64,000 nucleotides of DNA from an uncultured cyanobacterium (lineage in GTDB: Bacteria; Cyanobacteriota; Cyanobacteriia; Cyanobacteriales; Nostocaceae): positions 2,368,001 through 2,432,000 of the forward strand of contig CAVUDP010000002.1 of assembly GCA_963740315.1 (NCBI GenBank). Direction: 5' to 3'. A program made the position numbers and the translations under genes. Below, piece after piece: positions 48,719-59,256 of this stretch. Numbering within the stretch: position 1 is the stretch's first letter; each line of letters opens with the position of its first letter. The notes under the pieces are model-generated. The model was not told the DNA's origin and did no database searches. It was given only the letters and a program-made list of their open reading frames with translations.

Positions 48719-51700
48719 ATGGAAAAAATAGCAATCATTGGGTTTTCATGCCTATTCCCCGACGCTAAAAATGCGGAAGAATTTTGGCATAACTTAATTG
48801 AACAAAAAGATTCTAGTTCATCCCTAAGTATCGATGAAATTGGTATTGAACCAACTATATTTTACGATCCGGTAAAAGGTAAACCAGATAAAGTTTACTC
48901 GTTACAAGGGGGATTTGTTCGTAATTTTAAATTTGATGCATCGGGATACAATCTTCCTGCTTCATTGCTACAAAACCTAGATGATACCTTTAAGTGGTCG
49001 CTTTATGCTGCGAAGCAAGCATTACAAAATAGTGGTTATTTGGAAAACGAATCTGTTCTTGCCAAATGTGGAGTACTGTTGGGCAGTCTCTCGTTACCGA
49101 CGAAATCATCAAACCAATTGTTTGAGCCGATTTATCAACAGGTGTTAGAACCTGCAATTAGAGAACTTTTGCAGGAAGAGAACTTTGATTTAGCTGCTTT
49201 ACCTAACAGTGAGGAAACTTCATTTTATAATGCAATGATCTCCGGTTTACCTGCCGCGATCGTTTCTCAAGCTCTATCTCTGTCTCACATCCATTTTTGC
49301 TTAGATGCTGCTTGTTCCTCACCTTTGTATGCTACTCGGTTAGCGTCTCATTACCTGTGGACGCATAAAGCTGACTTGATGTTAGCAGGTGGTATAAGTT
49401 GTGCAGATCCGATGTTTATCCGGATGTTATTTTCCGGTATCCAAGGCTATCCCGAAAACAATGATATCAGCCGCCCCTTAGATAAATCCTCACGGGGATT
49501 AGTCACCTCAGAAGGCGTGGGAATGCTGGTTCTCAAACGCTATAGCGATGCAGTTAGAGATGGCGATCGCATTTATGGCTGCATTGTAGGTAACGGACTT
49601 TCCAATGATGGCAGGGGTAAACACTTACTCAGCCCCAACCCCAAAGGACAAGTTTTAGCTTTTGAAAAGGCTTACACCGAAGCACAACTCGATCCAAAAA
49701 CTATCGACTATCTGGAGTGTCATGCTACCGGAACTTTGTTAGGAGACAGTACCGAATTTAATTCTGTTGAAACCTTCTTTGGTAGATATGGAGCAACTCC
49801 CCTATCGGGTTCGGTAAAATCTAATATCGGACATTTGCTTACTGGTGCCGCTAGCGCCAGCCTGGTTAAAGTACTCTTAAGTATGAATAAGGGTATTATC
49901 CCGACAACTATTAATATTACAGACCCCATCGGTTCGGAAGATAACGTAATATCACCCAGTCGGATTGTCACAAGTCCTACAAATTGGCAATCAAAAAGCG
50001 CATCTATAAAACGTGCTGCCGTTAGTGCTTTTGGCTTGGGTGGAACCAACGCCCATACAATTTTAGAACAAAATAACAATACCCAAACCCAAGAATCGAG
50101 TCAGCCCCTCAAACCAGTCAAAATGGCGATCGTGGGAATGGACAGCTTCTTCGGGGGTTGCGATGGCTTAGATGCTTTTGAAAGGAGTATTTATCAAGGA
50201 AAACAACATTTTATTCCTCTACCCGAACAAAGATGGCATGGTGTAGAAAAGCAAACAGAATTACTTGAAAAACATAATTTAACCGACGGAAAAGCACCAG
50301 CGGGAGCTTATATTAGCGAATTTGAAATTGATACCGTATCTAGTAAAATCCCCCCCAACGAACTAGGAAAACTCAACAAACAACAACTGTTGATGCTCAA
50401 AGTAGCCGAACGTGCTTTGCAAGATGCGGGTATCAAAGAAGGAGATAACGTAGCAGTTTTAATTGCTACAGAAGCTGAGTTTTCCGTTCATCAAGTCCAA
50501 CAAAGATGGAATCTATCTTGGGAAATTAAAGAAGGATTAAGTACTGGTGCAATATCCCTATCATCTGATAAAGTTAATAAGTTAGAAACCATAGTTAAAG
50601 ACGGAATTCATCATCCCGTTGACAGCAGCGAGTTTATCAGCTACATCACCAATATTATGGCGAGTCGTATTTCCTCGCTGTGGGACTTTACTGCTCCTGT
50701 ATTTACCATTTCCGCTGGCGAAAACTCCACATTTAAAGTTTTAGAAGTAGCGCAACATTTATTATCCACTGGGGAAGCAGATGCCGTATTAGTGGGTGCC
50801 GTGGATTTAGCAGGCGGCATGGAAAATGTTTTATTAAGAAGCAAATCGGCAACAGTTAATACAGGTGTAAATACTCTCAGCTATGACCATAAAGCCAACG
50901 GCTGGACGGTTGGCGAAGGTGCGGGAGCAGTAGTTTTAAAGCGACATGAAGTAGCCAAACAGGAAAATGAGTGCATTTACGCGGTTATCGATGCAGTTAG
51001 TTTGACGCAAAAAAATGCTACCAAAAATGATTTGCAAAATCGTTTGGGTGCTACCGATGCTAATACAGTTGGTTCCGTCTGTCAGCAAGCTTTTGATGCG
51101 GCAGGAATCAAACCTTCAGAAGTGTCTTATCTGGAAGTTTTTGGTAGCGGTATTTCCCAAGAAGATCGAGCAGAAATTAATGGTTTACTTCGGGCTTATC
51201 CAAGCGGTGCAAACGAATTAACCTGTGCTATAGGCAGCGTTAAAGCTAATATTGGTCACACCTATGTTGCTTCGGGAATTGCGAGTTTAATTAAAACAGC
51301 TTTGTGTCTCTACTATAGATATATTCCCGCAACACCAAATTGGACTGGTGTGAAAGATATTAATGAGTGGGCTAACAGTCCTTTCTATGTTGTTCCAGAA
51401 TCAAAACTTTGGTTTCTTAACCCCGAAACTAATAAAAGAACGGCAGCCATCAATAGTATGGGTATAGATGGGACTTACGCTCATTTAATAATATCGGAAG
51501 AACCAAGTCAACAAGACCGCAGCAGCAGATTTTTGCAGCAAATGCCTTTTCATTTATTTCCAATTATCGGAAATAATCGCGAAGATTTATTACAGCAAGT
51601 TGATAATTTGCAAAATGTAGTAAATGAGGGAACTTCTCTTCCCGTAGCTGCTAAAATGACTTTTGCCGATTACCAAAAACGCAGTCAAGATTCGTACACA

Positions 51701-53467
51701 TTAGCAATTTTGGCTCGCAATCAAAAAGAATTAGCCAAAGAGATAAAAGCAGCAATCAAAGGTGTAAATAACGCATTTGAGAACGGTGAAGAATGGCAGA
51801 CTCCACTAGGTAGTTATTTTACAGCCAACCCGCTGGGTAAAAAAGGAGAAGTTGCATTTATCTACCCTGCTGCGGTCAATTCCTACCTGGGTATTGGTCG
51901 AAATCTCTTCCGTCTATTTCCCAAAGTTCACGACGACATCATCCTGCAAAATTTAGATAGTCGCGTGAATCATGTCGAGAAGTTAGTTTATCCCAGAAGC
52001 TTGAATAAACTATCAAGCAGACAGTTAGAGGGATTGGAAAAGCAACTGCTAGATGATTCCGCAGCGATGTTTGAAAACGAGATAGTCGTTGCCAGACTGC
52101 TTTCTAAAGTACTTCAAGATAACTTCCAAGTAAAACCAAAATTCGCTTTCGGTTACAGCTTGGGTGAGGTTAGTATGATGTCTGCGATCGGGGTATGGGA
52201 TAAATTTGGTCAGATGAGCAACGCTTTAAACTCATCTACCTTATTCGGAGACAGATTATCAGGTGCGAAAAACTGTGTACGCGAATTTTGGAAACTACCA
52301 TCCGTAGAGCGATCGCCGGACAATAATTTCTGGTGCAATTACGTTCTGATCGCTACACCATCTCAAGTTAGGGAAAGTATCGCCGGGGAAAACCGCGTTT
52401 ACTTAACTCAAATCAATACGCCAGAAGAAGTAGTAATTGCAGGTGAACCTTTCTCTTGTGAAAGAGTAATTGAGAGGTTGGGTTGTAATGCATTCCGGGC
52501 ACCATTCGATCATGTAATTCACTGCGAAGCGATGGCTTCGGAGCATCAAGAAATTGCCGATGTCAACACTTTACCAGTCCAAGAAAATCGGCAAAATCTA
52601 ATACTTTATTCCGCTGCAAAATATGCACCAATAAAGTTAGAAAGTAAAGCCATTGCTGAAGGTATCGCTACGGGACTCTGTAAAGAACTTGATTTTCCTA
52701 AACTTGTTAATCGAGTTTATGACGACGGCGCAAAAATATTTATTGAAACAGGTGCTCAAAGCGTTTGTTCTCGATGGATTGATAAAAATTTAAGCGATAA
52801 AGAACACATGACAATTTCTCTCAATCGTAGAGGTTTAGACGACCATAGCAGCATTGTTAAAGCATTAGCAAAACTTGCCAGCCATCAAGTTTCCTTGGAT
52901 TTATCGCCGCTATATTTGACCGTGAAAGAAACTAGTAAAAAAACAAAACTGAGCCAGAAGAAAGTTATACTGGGCGGTCATAATATTACCGAAAGTATCT
53001 TAACAGCGGACAACAAAAAGCTGTTTCAAAATCAACCAGAAGTAGTGGAGAAAATTACCCCAACTCCCCAACCTGAAAAACCAGAAGTAGCGGCGAAAAT
53101 AACTGAGAAAATCTCCTCAACACCTCAAGCGGATAAACCAAACATCCCCGCAGCATCACCCAAAAAGCTAGAAGCAAGTCCTGCGATTGCCGTACCTGTA
53201 GAAAACAAAACAAAGTTACTAACTACTCCGGCGAATACAACTCAAAAACTTGCATCTTCCCAATTATCACCATCTACGACCACAAAACAACTAGCTTCAA
53301 CACTAAGCGTGTCTTATCAAACTCAATATCAAAAATTCACCTCCAACAGCTTAATGGTTCATAAAACCCACGCCACATTCTTAAATTCGCGGCAAGAATT
53401 TAGCCAACAACTCAGCGAGATAATTCAACTGCAAATTGCTTGCGCCGAACATTTGTTTCACAATTAA
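48719..53467 (+). CDS. hglC: Fused HglD-HglC: KS, chain-length-factor KS, AT
   Basis: First KS DAACSS/ECHATGT; second KS lacks the catalytic Cys (SAGENS); AT GYSLG; one uninterrupted frame. Confidence 0.85.
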   Translation: MEKIAIIGFSCLFPDAKNAEEFWHNLIEQKDSSSSLSIDEIGIEPTIFYDPVKGKPDKVYSLQGGFVRNFKFDASGYNLPASLLQNLDDTFKWSLYAAKQALQNSGYLENESVLAKCGVLLGSLSLPTKSSNQLFEPIYQQVLEPAIRELLQEENFDLAALPNSEETSFYNAMISGLPAAIVSQALSLSHIHFCLDAACSSPLYATRLASHYLWTHKADLMLAGGISCADPMFIRMLFSGIQGYPENNDISRPLDKSSRGLVTSEGVGMLVLKRYSDAVRDGDRIYGCIVGNGLSNDGRGKHLLSPNPKGQVLAFEKAYTEAQLDPKTIDYLECHATGTLLGDSTEFNSVETFFGRYGATPLSGSVKSNIGHLLTGAASASLVKVLLSMNKGIIPTTINITDPIGSEDNVISPSRIVTSPTNWQSKSASIKRAAVSAFGLGGTNAHTILEQNNNTQTQESSQPLKPVKMAIVGMDSFFGGCDGLDAFERSIYQGKQHFIPLPEQRWHGVEKQTELLEKHNLTDGKAPAGAYISEFEIDTVSSKIPPNELGKLNKQQLLMLKVAERALQDAGIKEGDNVAVLIATEAEFSVHQVQQRWNLSWEIKEGLSTGAISLSSDKVNKLETIVKDGIHHPVDSSEFISYITNIMASRISSLWDFTAPVFTISAGENSTFKVLEVAQHLLSTGEADAVLVGAVDLAGGMENVLLRSKSATVNTGVNTLSYDHKANGWTVGEGAGAVVLKRHEVAKQENECIYAVIDAVSLTQKNATKNDLQNRLGATDANTVGSVCQQAFDAAGIKPSEVSYLEVFGSGISQEDRAEINGLLRAYPSGANELTCAIGSVKANIGHTYVASGIASLIKTALCLYYRYIPATPNWTGVKDINEWANSPFYVVPESKLWFLNPETNKRTAAINSMGIDGTYAHLIISEEPSQQDRSSRFLQQMPFHLFPIIGNNREDLLQQVDNLQNVVNEGTSLPVAAKMTFADYQKRSQDSYTLAILARNQKELAKEIKAAIKGVNNAFENGEEWQTPLGSYFTANPLGKKGEVAFIYPAAVNSYLGIGRNLFRLFPKVHDDIILQNLDSRVNHVEKLVYPRSLNKLSSRQLEGLEKQLLDDSAAMFENEIVVARLLSKVLQDNFQVKPKFAFGYSLGEVSMMSAIGVWDKFGQMSNALNSSTLFGDRLSGAKNCVREFWKLPSVERSPDNNFWCNYVLIATPSQVRESIAGENRVYLTQINTPEEVVIAGEPFSCERVIERLGCNAFRAPFDHVIHCEAMASEHQEIADVNTLPVQENRQNLILYSAAKYAPIKLESKAIAEGIATGLCKELDFPKLVNRVYDDGAKIFIETGAQSVCSRWIDKNLSDKEHMTISLNRRGLDDHSSIVKALAKLASHQVSLDLSPLYLTVKETSKKTKLSQKKVILGGHNITESILTADNKKLFQNQPEVVEKITPTPQPEKPEVAAKITEKISSTPQADKPNIPAASPKKLEASPAIAVPVENKTKLLTTPANTTQKLASSQLSPSTTTKQLASTLSVSYQTQYQKFTSNSLMVHKTHATFLNSRQEFSQQLSEIIQLQIACAEHLFHN

Positions 53468-53583
53468 CAATTATCAATGAACAATTATCTATTATCAATT
53501 GTTCATTGATGAGCTACATCCTCGGTGTGAAAGCTGTTAACTGAAAACTGCTCACTATTAATTAATTGGGAACCGTTTTGAAC

Positions 53584-55251
53584 GTGCAAACTTTAGATAA
53601 CGTGCTAAACAAAGAAAATAACGGACTGACATTTCATGGGTCTACTTCGATTAAAAATCGAGTTTGGAAAGGTTCAATAAGCTGTATTTCCTTTGACCCT
53701 GAAGGTATCAAAGAACAATTACTGGAAATAGATAAACCTTGCTACATTGTTAAAGTAGGAGATAGAATCGGGGTAACAAACTACGGTTATTGTCCTCTCG
53801 ATAACAGTCAACCAGCGGAAATAGAATTATTAATTGCAGCACCACCTACTTTTACCAAAAACTTCGGTGACTCAAATTTTATCTACGACCATAATCTAAA
53901 ATATGCTTATACAACAGGTGCAATGGCTGGGGGTATAGCCTCCGAAGAAATGGTAATTGCACTGGGAAAAGAGAATATTTTGAGTTCTTTTGGTGCAGGT
54001 GGTTTGAGTTTAACTCGTTTAGAAGAAGCCATTAAAATTATTCAAGCATCTTTACCTCACGGACCTTATGCTTTCAATTTAATTCATAGTCCCGGCGATC
54101 CCGAAATTGAAAGAGGTGCTGTAGATTTATATCTTAAATATGGGGTAGAAACTGTAGAAGCTTCGGCATTTTTAGACTTAACTCCTAATATTGTCTACTA
54201 TCGTGCGGCTGGTTTAACTTTAAATTCAGCTAACAAAATTCAAATTAATAATAAGGTAATTGCCAAAATTTCTCGCCGAGAAGTTGCGAGTAAATTTATG
54301 CAGCCAGCACCCTTAAAAATGCTTAAGGAATTGGTTGAGAAAGGATTAATTACCGAATTACAAGCAACTCTTGCAGCCCAAGTTCCGATCGCGGATAATA
54401 TTACTGTAGAAGCGGATTCTGGAGGTCATACAGATAATCGTCCTTTGGTTTGCGTACTACCTTCTATAATTGCTTTAAAAGACGAAATACAGTCAAAATA
54501 TTCTTACGAAAAACCGATCGGAGTTGGAGTCGCGGGAGGAATTTCTACTCCTCAATCGGCTTTAGCAGCTTTTATGATGGGTGCTGCATATATAGTTACT
54601 GGTTCAATCAATCAATCTTGTCTAGAAGCGGGAACTTCTATTCATACTAAAAAACTGTTAGCACAAGCTGACATGGCTGATGTGATGATGGCACCAGCAG
54701 CGGATATGTTTGAAATGGGGGTAAAATTACAGGTTCTCAAACGTGGAACTATGTTTCCCCTTAAAGCACAAAAACTATACGAAATCTACCGAAATTATAA
54801 TTCCCTTGACGAACTTCCGCTAGTAGAAAAAGAAAAGCTAGAAAAACAAGTTTTTCGCAAAAGTATCGAAGAAATTTGGCAAGAAACTGTTGCTTATCAA
54901 TCCCAAAGCAATCCTAATAAACTTACCAAAGCAGCCAACAATCCTAAATACAAAATGGCGCTGATTTTCCGCTGGTATTTAGGATTATCTTCAAGATGGT
55001 CTAATTCCGGCGAAAAAGGTAGAGAAGTCGATTATCAAGTATGGTGCGGTCCGGCGATGGGTAGTTTTAACGATTGGGTGCGCGGTTCTTATTTATCAGA
55101 ACCAAAGAATCGTCGGGTAGTTGATGTTGCTAACCAATTGATGACAGGAACATCTTATTTATACCGCATTCAAAGTTTAAAAATGCAAGGGTTGCAACTT
55201 GCTAATTTCTATTCTCAGTATCGCCCCGTTCGTTCCAATTCGGAATTTTAA
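53584..55251 (+). CDS. hglA: PfaD-family enoyl reductase
   Basis: GAMAGGIAS, VEASAF, EADSGGHTDNRP, DYQVWCGPAMG; GTG start at 53584 preferred. Confidence 0.92.
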   Translation: MQTLDNVLNKENNGLTFHGSTSIKNRVWKGSISCISFDPEGIKEQLLEIDKPCYIVKVGDRIGVTNYGYCPLDNSQPAEIELLIAAPPTFTKNFGDSNFIYDHNLKYAYTTGAMAGGIASEEMVIALGKENILSSFGAGGLSLTRLEEAIKIIQASLPHGPYAFNLIHSPGDPEIERGAVDLYLKYGVETVEASAFLDLTPNIVYYRAAGLTLNSANKIQINNKVIAKISRREVASKFMQPAPLKMLKELVEKGLITELQATLAAQVPIADNITVEADSGGHTDNRPLVCVLPSIIALKDEIQSKYSYEKPIGVGVAGGISTPQSALAAFMMGAAYIVTGSINQSCLEAGTSIHTKKLLAQADMADVMMAPAADMFEMGVKLQVLKRGTMFPLKAQKLYEIYRNYNSLDELPLVEKEKLEKQVFRKSIEEIWQETVAYQSQSNPNKLTKAANNPKYKMALIFRWYLGLSSRWSNSGEKGREVDYQVWCGPAMGSFNDWVRGSYLSEPKNRRVVDVANQLMTGTSYLYRIQSLKMQGLQLANFYSQYRPVRSNSEF

Positions 55252-55263
55252 ATTTTAAGGTTC

Positions 55264-55426
55264 GTAGTAAGGGCTTCAGCCCTTTGAGGACTAAAGTCCT
55301 GACTACAAACCTTACTAATAACTAACCCTTTGAGGACTAAAGTCCTGACTACAAACCTTGGTGATTTCAAGTAATAACTAACCTTTTGAGGACTAAAGTC
55401 CTGACTACAAACCTTGGTGATTTCAA
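55264..55426. repeat. REP-like element with a triplicated right arm
   Basis: GTAGTAAGGGCTTCAGCCCT, then TTTGAGGACTAAAGTCCTGACTACAAACCTT x3 with related linkers. Confidence 0.85.
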
Positions 55427-55458
55427 AACAAACTAAATAATCGTAAACCTTAAATATA

Positions 55459-56970
55459 ATGAATACAAAACAATCTATGAACGCTACAGAAATTCAAGCA
55501 TGGTTGTTATCTAACCTGGCTGAATTACTCAACATGGAAGCTGAAGAAATCGATGTAACTCAACCTTTAGATAGCTACGGTTTAGATTCGACTCAAGCAA
55601 TGGTAATTGTTACCAAAGCACAGAAAATGCTGGGTTTTGAATTGTCCCCGATGTTGCTTTGGCACTATCCTACAATTGAAGCACTTTCGGGACGTTTAGC
55701 GGAAGAAGCAGAAGAATCTCAACAAGATACCAAATCACTTATCGATACCAAAAGTACTCCTAATTTGGCAGCCGAAGCCGTTTTAGATGAAAGTATCCGT
55801 CCCGCATCAACCTCTTTTACATTTAATCCCAATCCTCAAAATATCTTTTTAACCGGCGGTAGCGGCTTTTTAGGAGCATTTCTAATCTACGAACTTTTAA
55901 AGCAAACCGATGCAGATATTTACTGCTTGGTACGTGCGGCAGATGCAACATCGGGTAAAGAAAAACTGAAAAAAAATTTAGAAGCCTATGAAATTTGGGA
56001 TGAAAACTTTAGTCCTCGAATTATCCCTATAGTTGGGGATTTATCACAGCCGCAATTAGGTATAAGCACTGAAGGCTTTGAAATGTTGGCAACTAATATA
56101 GATGTCATCTATCACAGTGCTGCAATGCTTAACTACGTATTTCCCTACTCAGCACTAAAAACAGCCAACGTTTTAGGAACCCAAGAAATCATCCGTTTAG
56201 CTTGTCAAATTAAGGTTAAACCCCTACATTATGTCTCCAGCGTCGCGGTATTTGAATCACCTGAATATGCTGGAAAAGTAGTTAAAGAAAATGATAGTTT
56301 TGACAGTTGGGAAGGTATTTTTCTCGGTTATTCTCAGACCAAATGGGTAGCAGAAAAACTAGTTAAAATAGCAGGTGAAAGAGGACTTCCGATCGCCATC
56401 TACAGACCACCTTTAATTTCCGGACACAGCGAAACCGGCATTGGCAACCTCGATGACTTTGTAAATTTAATGACCAAAGGCTGTCTTCAAATGGGAGCTT
56501 TCCCAGATGTCGATTATATGTTAGATATGTCACCCGTTGACTACGTAAGCAAGGCGATCGCATATCTATCCAAACAAGAAGAATCCCTTGGTAACGCCTT
56601 CCATCTCCAACATCCAGAACCCGCACCCTTAAGCACGCTAGTTGAGTGGTTGACTTCCTTCGGTTTCCCCATCGAAATGATTCCTTACGAAGAATGGCAA
56701 GACAAGTTAATTAACGATGTCACATCAGAGGAAAATCCCTTATATACCCTGCGTCCATTCTTACTCGAACGTTGGTCGGAAAAACAACTTACAATACCCG
56801 ATTTATACTTAACATCAAATCGACCAGTTATTAGTTGTGATGCAACTTTAAATGCTCTTGCGGGAAGTGGTGTATCCTGTGCGCCAATCAACGGAGAATT
56901 ATTTACTATTTACTCAGCATACTTAATTCAAAATGGTTTTCTCAACCTAGAATCGGTTCTTAGTAGTTAA
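55459..56970 (+). CDS. hglB: ACP plus thioester reductase (HetM)
   Basis: YGLDS ACP motif; [25 protein letters not shown]. Confidence 0.9.
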   Translation: MNTKQSMNATEIQAWLLSNLAELLNMEAEEIDVTQPLDSYGLDSTQAMVIVTKAQKMLGFELSPMLLWHYPTIEALSGRLAEEAEESQQDTKSLIDTKSTPNLAAEAVLDESIRPASTSFTFNPNPQNIFLTGGSGFLGAFLIYELLKQTDADIYCLVRAADATSGKEKLKKNLEAYEIWDENFSPRIIPIVGDLSQPQLGISTEGFEMLATNIDVIYHSAAMLNYVFPYSALKTANVLGTQEIIRLACQIKVKPLHYVSSVAVFESPEYAGKVVKENDSFDSWEGIFLGYSQTKWVAEKLVKIAGERGLPIAIYRPPLISGHSETGIGNLDDFVNLMTKGCLQMGAFPDVDYMLDMSPVDYVSKAIAYLSKQEESLGNAFHLQHPEPAPLSTLVEWLTSFGFPIEMIPYEEWQDKLINDVTSEENPLYTLRPFLLERWSEKQLTIPDLYLTSNRPVISCDATLNALAGSGVSCAPINGELFTIYSAYLIQNGFLNLESVLSS

Positions 56971-56981
56971 TAGTTAGTTAA

Positions 56982-57217
56982 TAGCTTGTAGGGTGTGTTA
57001 TGGCGCGATCGCTAATTTTAGTTGTGACAAAATATCTTTGTTTCGCGCCTAACGCACCGTTTAATAATAAAATCGGCATTGTTGATTTGATTATTAAAAT
57101 TAATTTGTTAGATATCTAAAACCTTTGTAGCTTGTAGGGTGTGTTATGGCGCGATCGCTAATTTGAATTGTCACAAAATATATATTCGCGCCTAACGCAC
57201 CGTTTAATAATAAAATC
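56982..57217. repeat. Two direct copies (about 90 bp, period about 146) of a REP-like element
   Basis: TAGCTTGTAGGGTGTGTTATGGCGCGATCGCTAATTT...CGCGCCTAACGCACCGTTTAATAATAAAATC at 56982 and 57128. Confidence 0.85.
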
Positions 57218-57756
57218 TATTTACCCAAATTCCGCATTACACGATCGTAAGCTTGATTCCAAACATAATTAAAATTATCCGAAGTATCAAAATACGGAAT
57301 TGCCACTTGCTGACACTTTAATTGATGCTCTTGGCTGATTTTAGCAAAATGTTTAATATGTAAAATTAACGATTCGTCATCGTGTTGATTTGTCCAACAT
57401 TCAGAATGCTTTGCTCCATATTCTCGTAATTCTTGAAGCTTTTTGTCAATATTTACTTGGGGATATCCTAAAAACAAAAATATATAGTTGGGACTATTTA
57501 ATTTACTTTTTACAATAATTGGATCGACATGACAAGATTCAAATATTCTTGTGTAGTTAAATTCTTTACCCATATTTCTAATCAACTTTATTAATACTTT
57601 CGGAAATTTATCTTTTACTGAATCTGGAAAATTATTGTATAAAATATTCATCAAATGGTCGGCATGAAACACTGTCGCTTTTGTATTTTGAAATACTTTA
57701 TTTGCTAACCTTGATTTACCAGCCCTGCAAACGCCGCCGACTACGACTGTTTTCAT
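57217..57756 (-). CDS. Small P-loop kinase-like protein
   Basis: N-terminal VVVGGVCRAGKS Walker A; 179 aa. Confidence 0.7.
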   Translation of the reverse strand: MKTVVVGGVCRAGKSRLANKVFQNTKATVFHADHLMNILYNNFPDSVKDKFPKVLIKLIRNMGKEFNYTRIFESCHVDPIIVKSKLNSPNYIFLFLGYPQVNIDKKLQELREYGAKHSECWTNQHDDESLILHIKHFAKISQEHQLKCQQVAIPYFDTSDNFNYVWNQAYDRVMRNLGK

Positions 57757-57867
57757 AATTTCCTATACCTTCTAAAGCTAATTACCTAAAATTTTTCCCA
57801 CTCTCGACGGAAGACAAAGTTACTTTGAGCGCACAAACTGAAAGGATACTTTAATATATTAGTCAAA

Positions 57868-58317
57868 ATGGAACTAATAAAAAAGAACAAAGAACTTCTA
57901 CGTGTTATCCTCGCCGTAGCTTTAATAGTTGTAGGAATTACACACTTCGCAATTCCCCAACCTTTTGTAAAAATTATGCCGTCACAACTTCCCTATCCTT
58001 TGGGTTTAGTTTATTTAAGTGGCTTTTATGAAATATTAGGCGGTATCGGTTTACTAGTTCCGCCTTTAAGTCAACCTACTGCGTGGGGAATAATTGCGTT
58101 ATTTATCGCGGTTTATCCAGCTAACATCAATATGGCGATTAATCATATAGAAATTGAAAGCATACCATACTCAGGTTCGCCTTTATTCCAAGCGATTAGA
58201 CTTCCATTGCAAGGAGTTTTAATTGCTTGGGCTTATTGGTATACAAAACCCGCCGATAAAGAGAAACAAGCTTCTATTATTCCTAAATCCATGATTCCCA
58301 AAGAATTAGAATTGTAA
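57868..58317 (+). CDS. DoxX-family membrane protein
   Basis: GITHF..FVKIMP..SGFYEILGGIGLL..AVYPANINMA..RLPLQ. Confidence 0.85.
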   Translation: MELIKKNKELLRVILAVALIVVGITHFAIPQPFVKIMPSQLPYPLGLVYLSGFYEILGGIGLLVPPLSQPTAWGIIALFIAVYPANINMAINHIEIESIPYSGSPLFQAIRLPLQGVLIAWAYWYTKPADKEKQASIIPKSMIPKELEL

Positions 58318-58386
58318 GATAAGAGGGAGTAGGGAGTAGGGAATTGGGAATTGAGAATAGAAAAAAGTTAAATAGGAATTCTATAT

Positions 58387-58881
58387 ATGACTACTACTTC
58401 AACAGTAAAACAATTATCAGCGCAAACTATAACTTCAGAAAACTTTCAAGATTACGGACAGGTTATTTTTCCGGAGCTAGATGGTAAATCATTTGATGCA
58501 GAAGATGCTCAATTAGTACTTGATAACGGCATCCCTCGATTTTACATTATGCAATTGCAGCGTCGCGGGCGTAAGTTTCATAATATTACCCGTCATGCAA
58601 AATGTACTCAATGCTTGGGTTCTTTAGCTGGGAAAGATTGGTTCATGGCGGTTTGTCCCCCTAATAATAAGATAGATGAACCGACGTTACAAGATATTGC
58701 AGCCTTTAGGATTCCCGGAAATTGTTTTATTAAATTAAATGTCGGAACTTGGCATGCGGGACCTTATTTTGAACATGAAGTAGTAGATTTTTACAACTTA
58801 GAATTAAGCAATACGAATGAAGTTGACCATTTCACTCATAGTTTTTTGAAGAGTGATAATTTAGAGTTTGAGATTGTTTAG
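58387..58881 (+). CDS. Ureidoglycolate lyase/hydrolase (AllA family)
   Basis: ENFQDYGQVI, ITRHAKCTQ, GTWHAGP cupin motifs. Confidence 0.8.
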   Translation: MTTTSTVKQLSAQTITSENFQDYGQVIFPELDGKSFDAEDAQLVLDNGIPRFYIMQLQRRGRKFHNITRHAKCTQCLGSLAGKDWFMAVCPPNNKIDEPTLQDIAAFRIPGNCFIKLNVGTWHAGPYFEHEVVDFYNLELSNTNEVDHFTHSFLKSDNLEFEIV

Positions 58882-58885
58882 GGAA

Positions 58886-59071
58886 TTAAAAGGTAAAATA
58901 TTTACTCTTAGTTGGAGCTTTAGCAACATCTAAAGGAAGTCTAAGTAACTTTTTACGGCGAGTTTCTATATTCTCGTGATTCTCATACAGATAGTTTTCC
59001 AAGTCTTCCATACTTACTTCTACATTCTTTCCGCCTTTCAAATAAACAGATTTGCATTCTGCTGTCTCCAA
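58886..59071 (-). CDS. Small hypothetical protein, paralogue of 59257-59418 (start ambiguous, possibly frameshifted)
   Basis: Shares VYLK..V.VSMEDLENYLYENHE.I..RRKKL.RLP with its neighbour. Confidence 0.65.
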   Translation of the reverse strand: METAECKSVYLKGGKNVEVSMEDLENYLYENHENIETRRKKLLRLPLDVAKAPTKSKYFTF

Positions 59072-59256
59072 TACTATGCTTCTTTCTTTATTTTAGAGGT
59101 TTTGAGAAAAGTTGCTTCCATTTAACGAAGAACTCTTCTCAAAAACTCTAACTTATTGAGAAACAGGCTTTAAAGCTTTATTCACAAGCTTTCCGCATTT
59201 TGGAAATTAAAACATAATTAAAATGATTTGGGCACTTAATTCACATCAAACGTAAA

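Noticed and set aside
55281..55416. CRISPR array (three palindromic 31-bp repeats)
   Set aside because: Spacers are short, unequal and similar to each other; the repeat is the arm of a GTAG/CTAC REP-like element; no cas genes.
40380..56970. Novel secondary-metabolite or PUFA PKS cluster
   Set aside because: Gene content and order match the known heterocyst glycolipid island.
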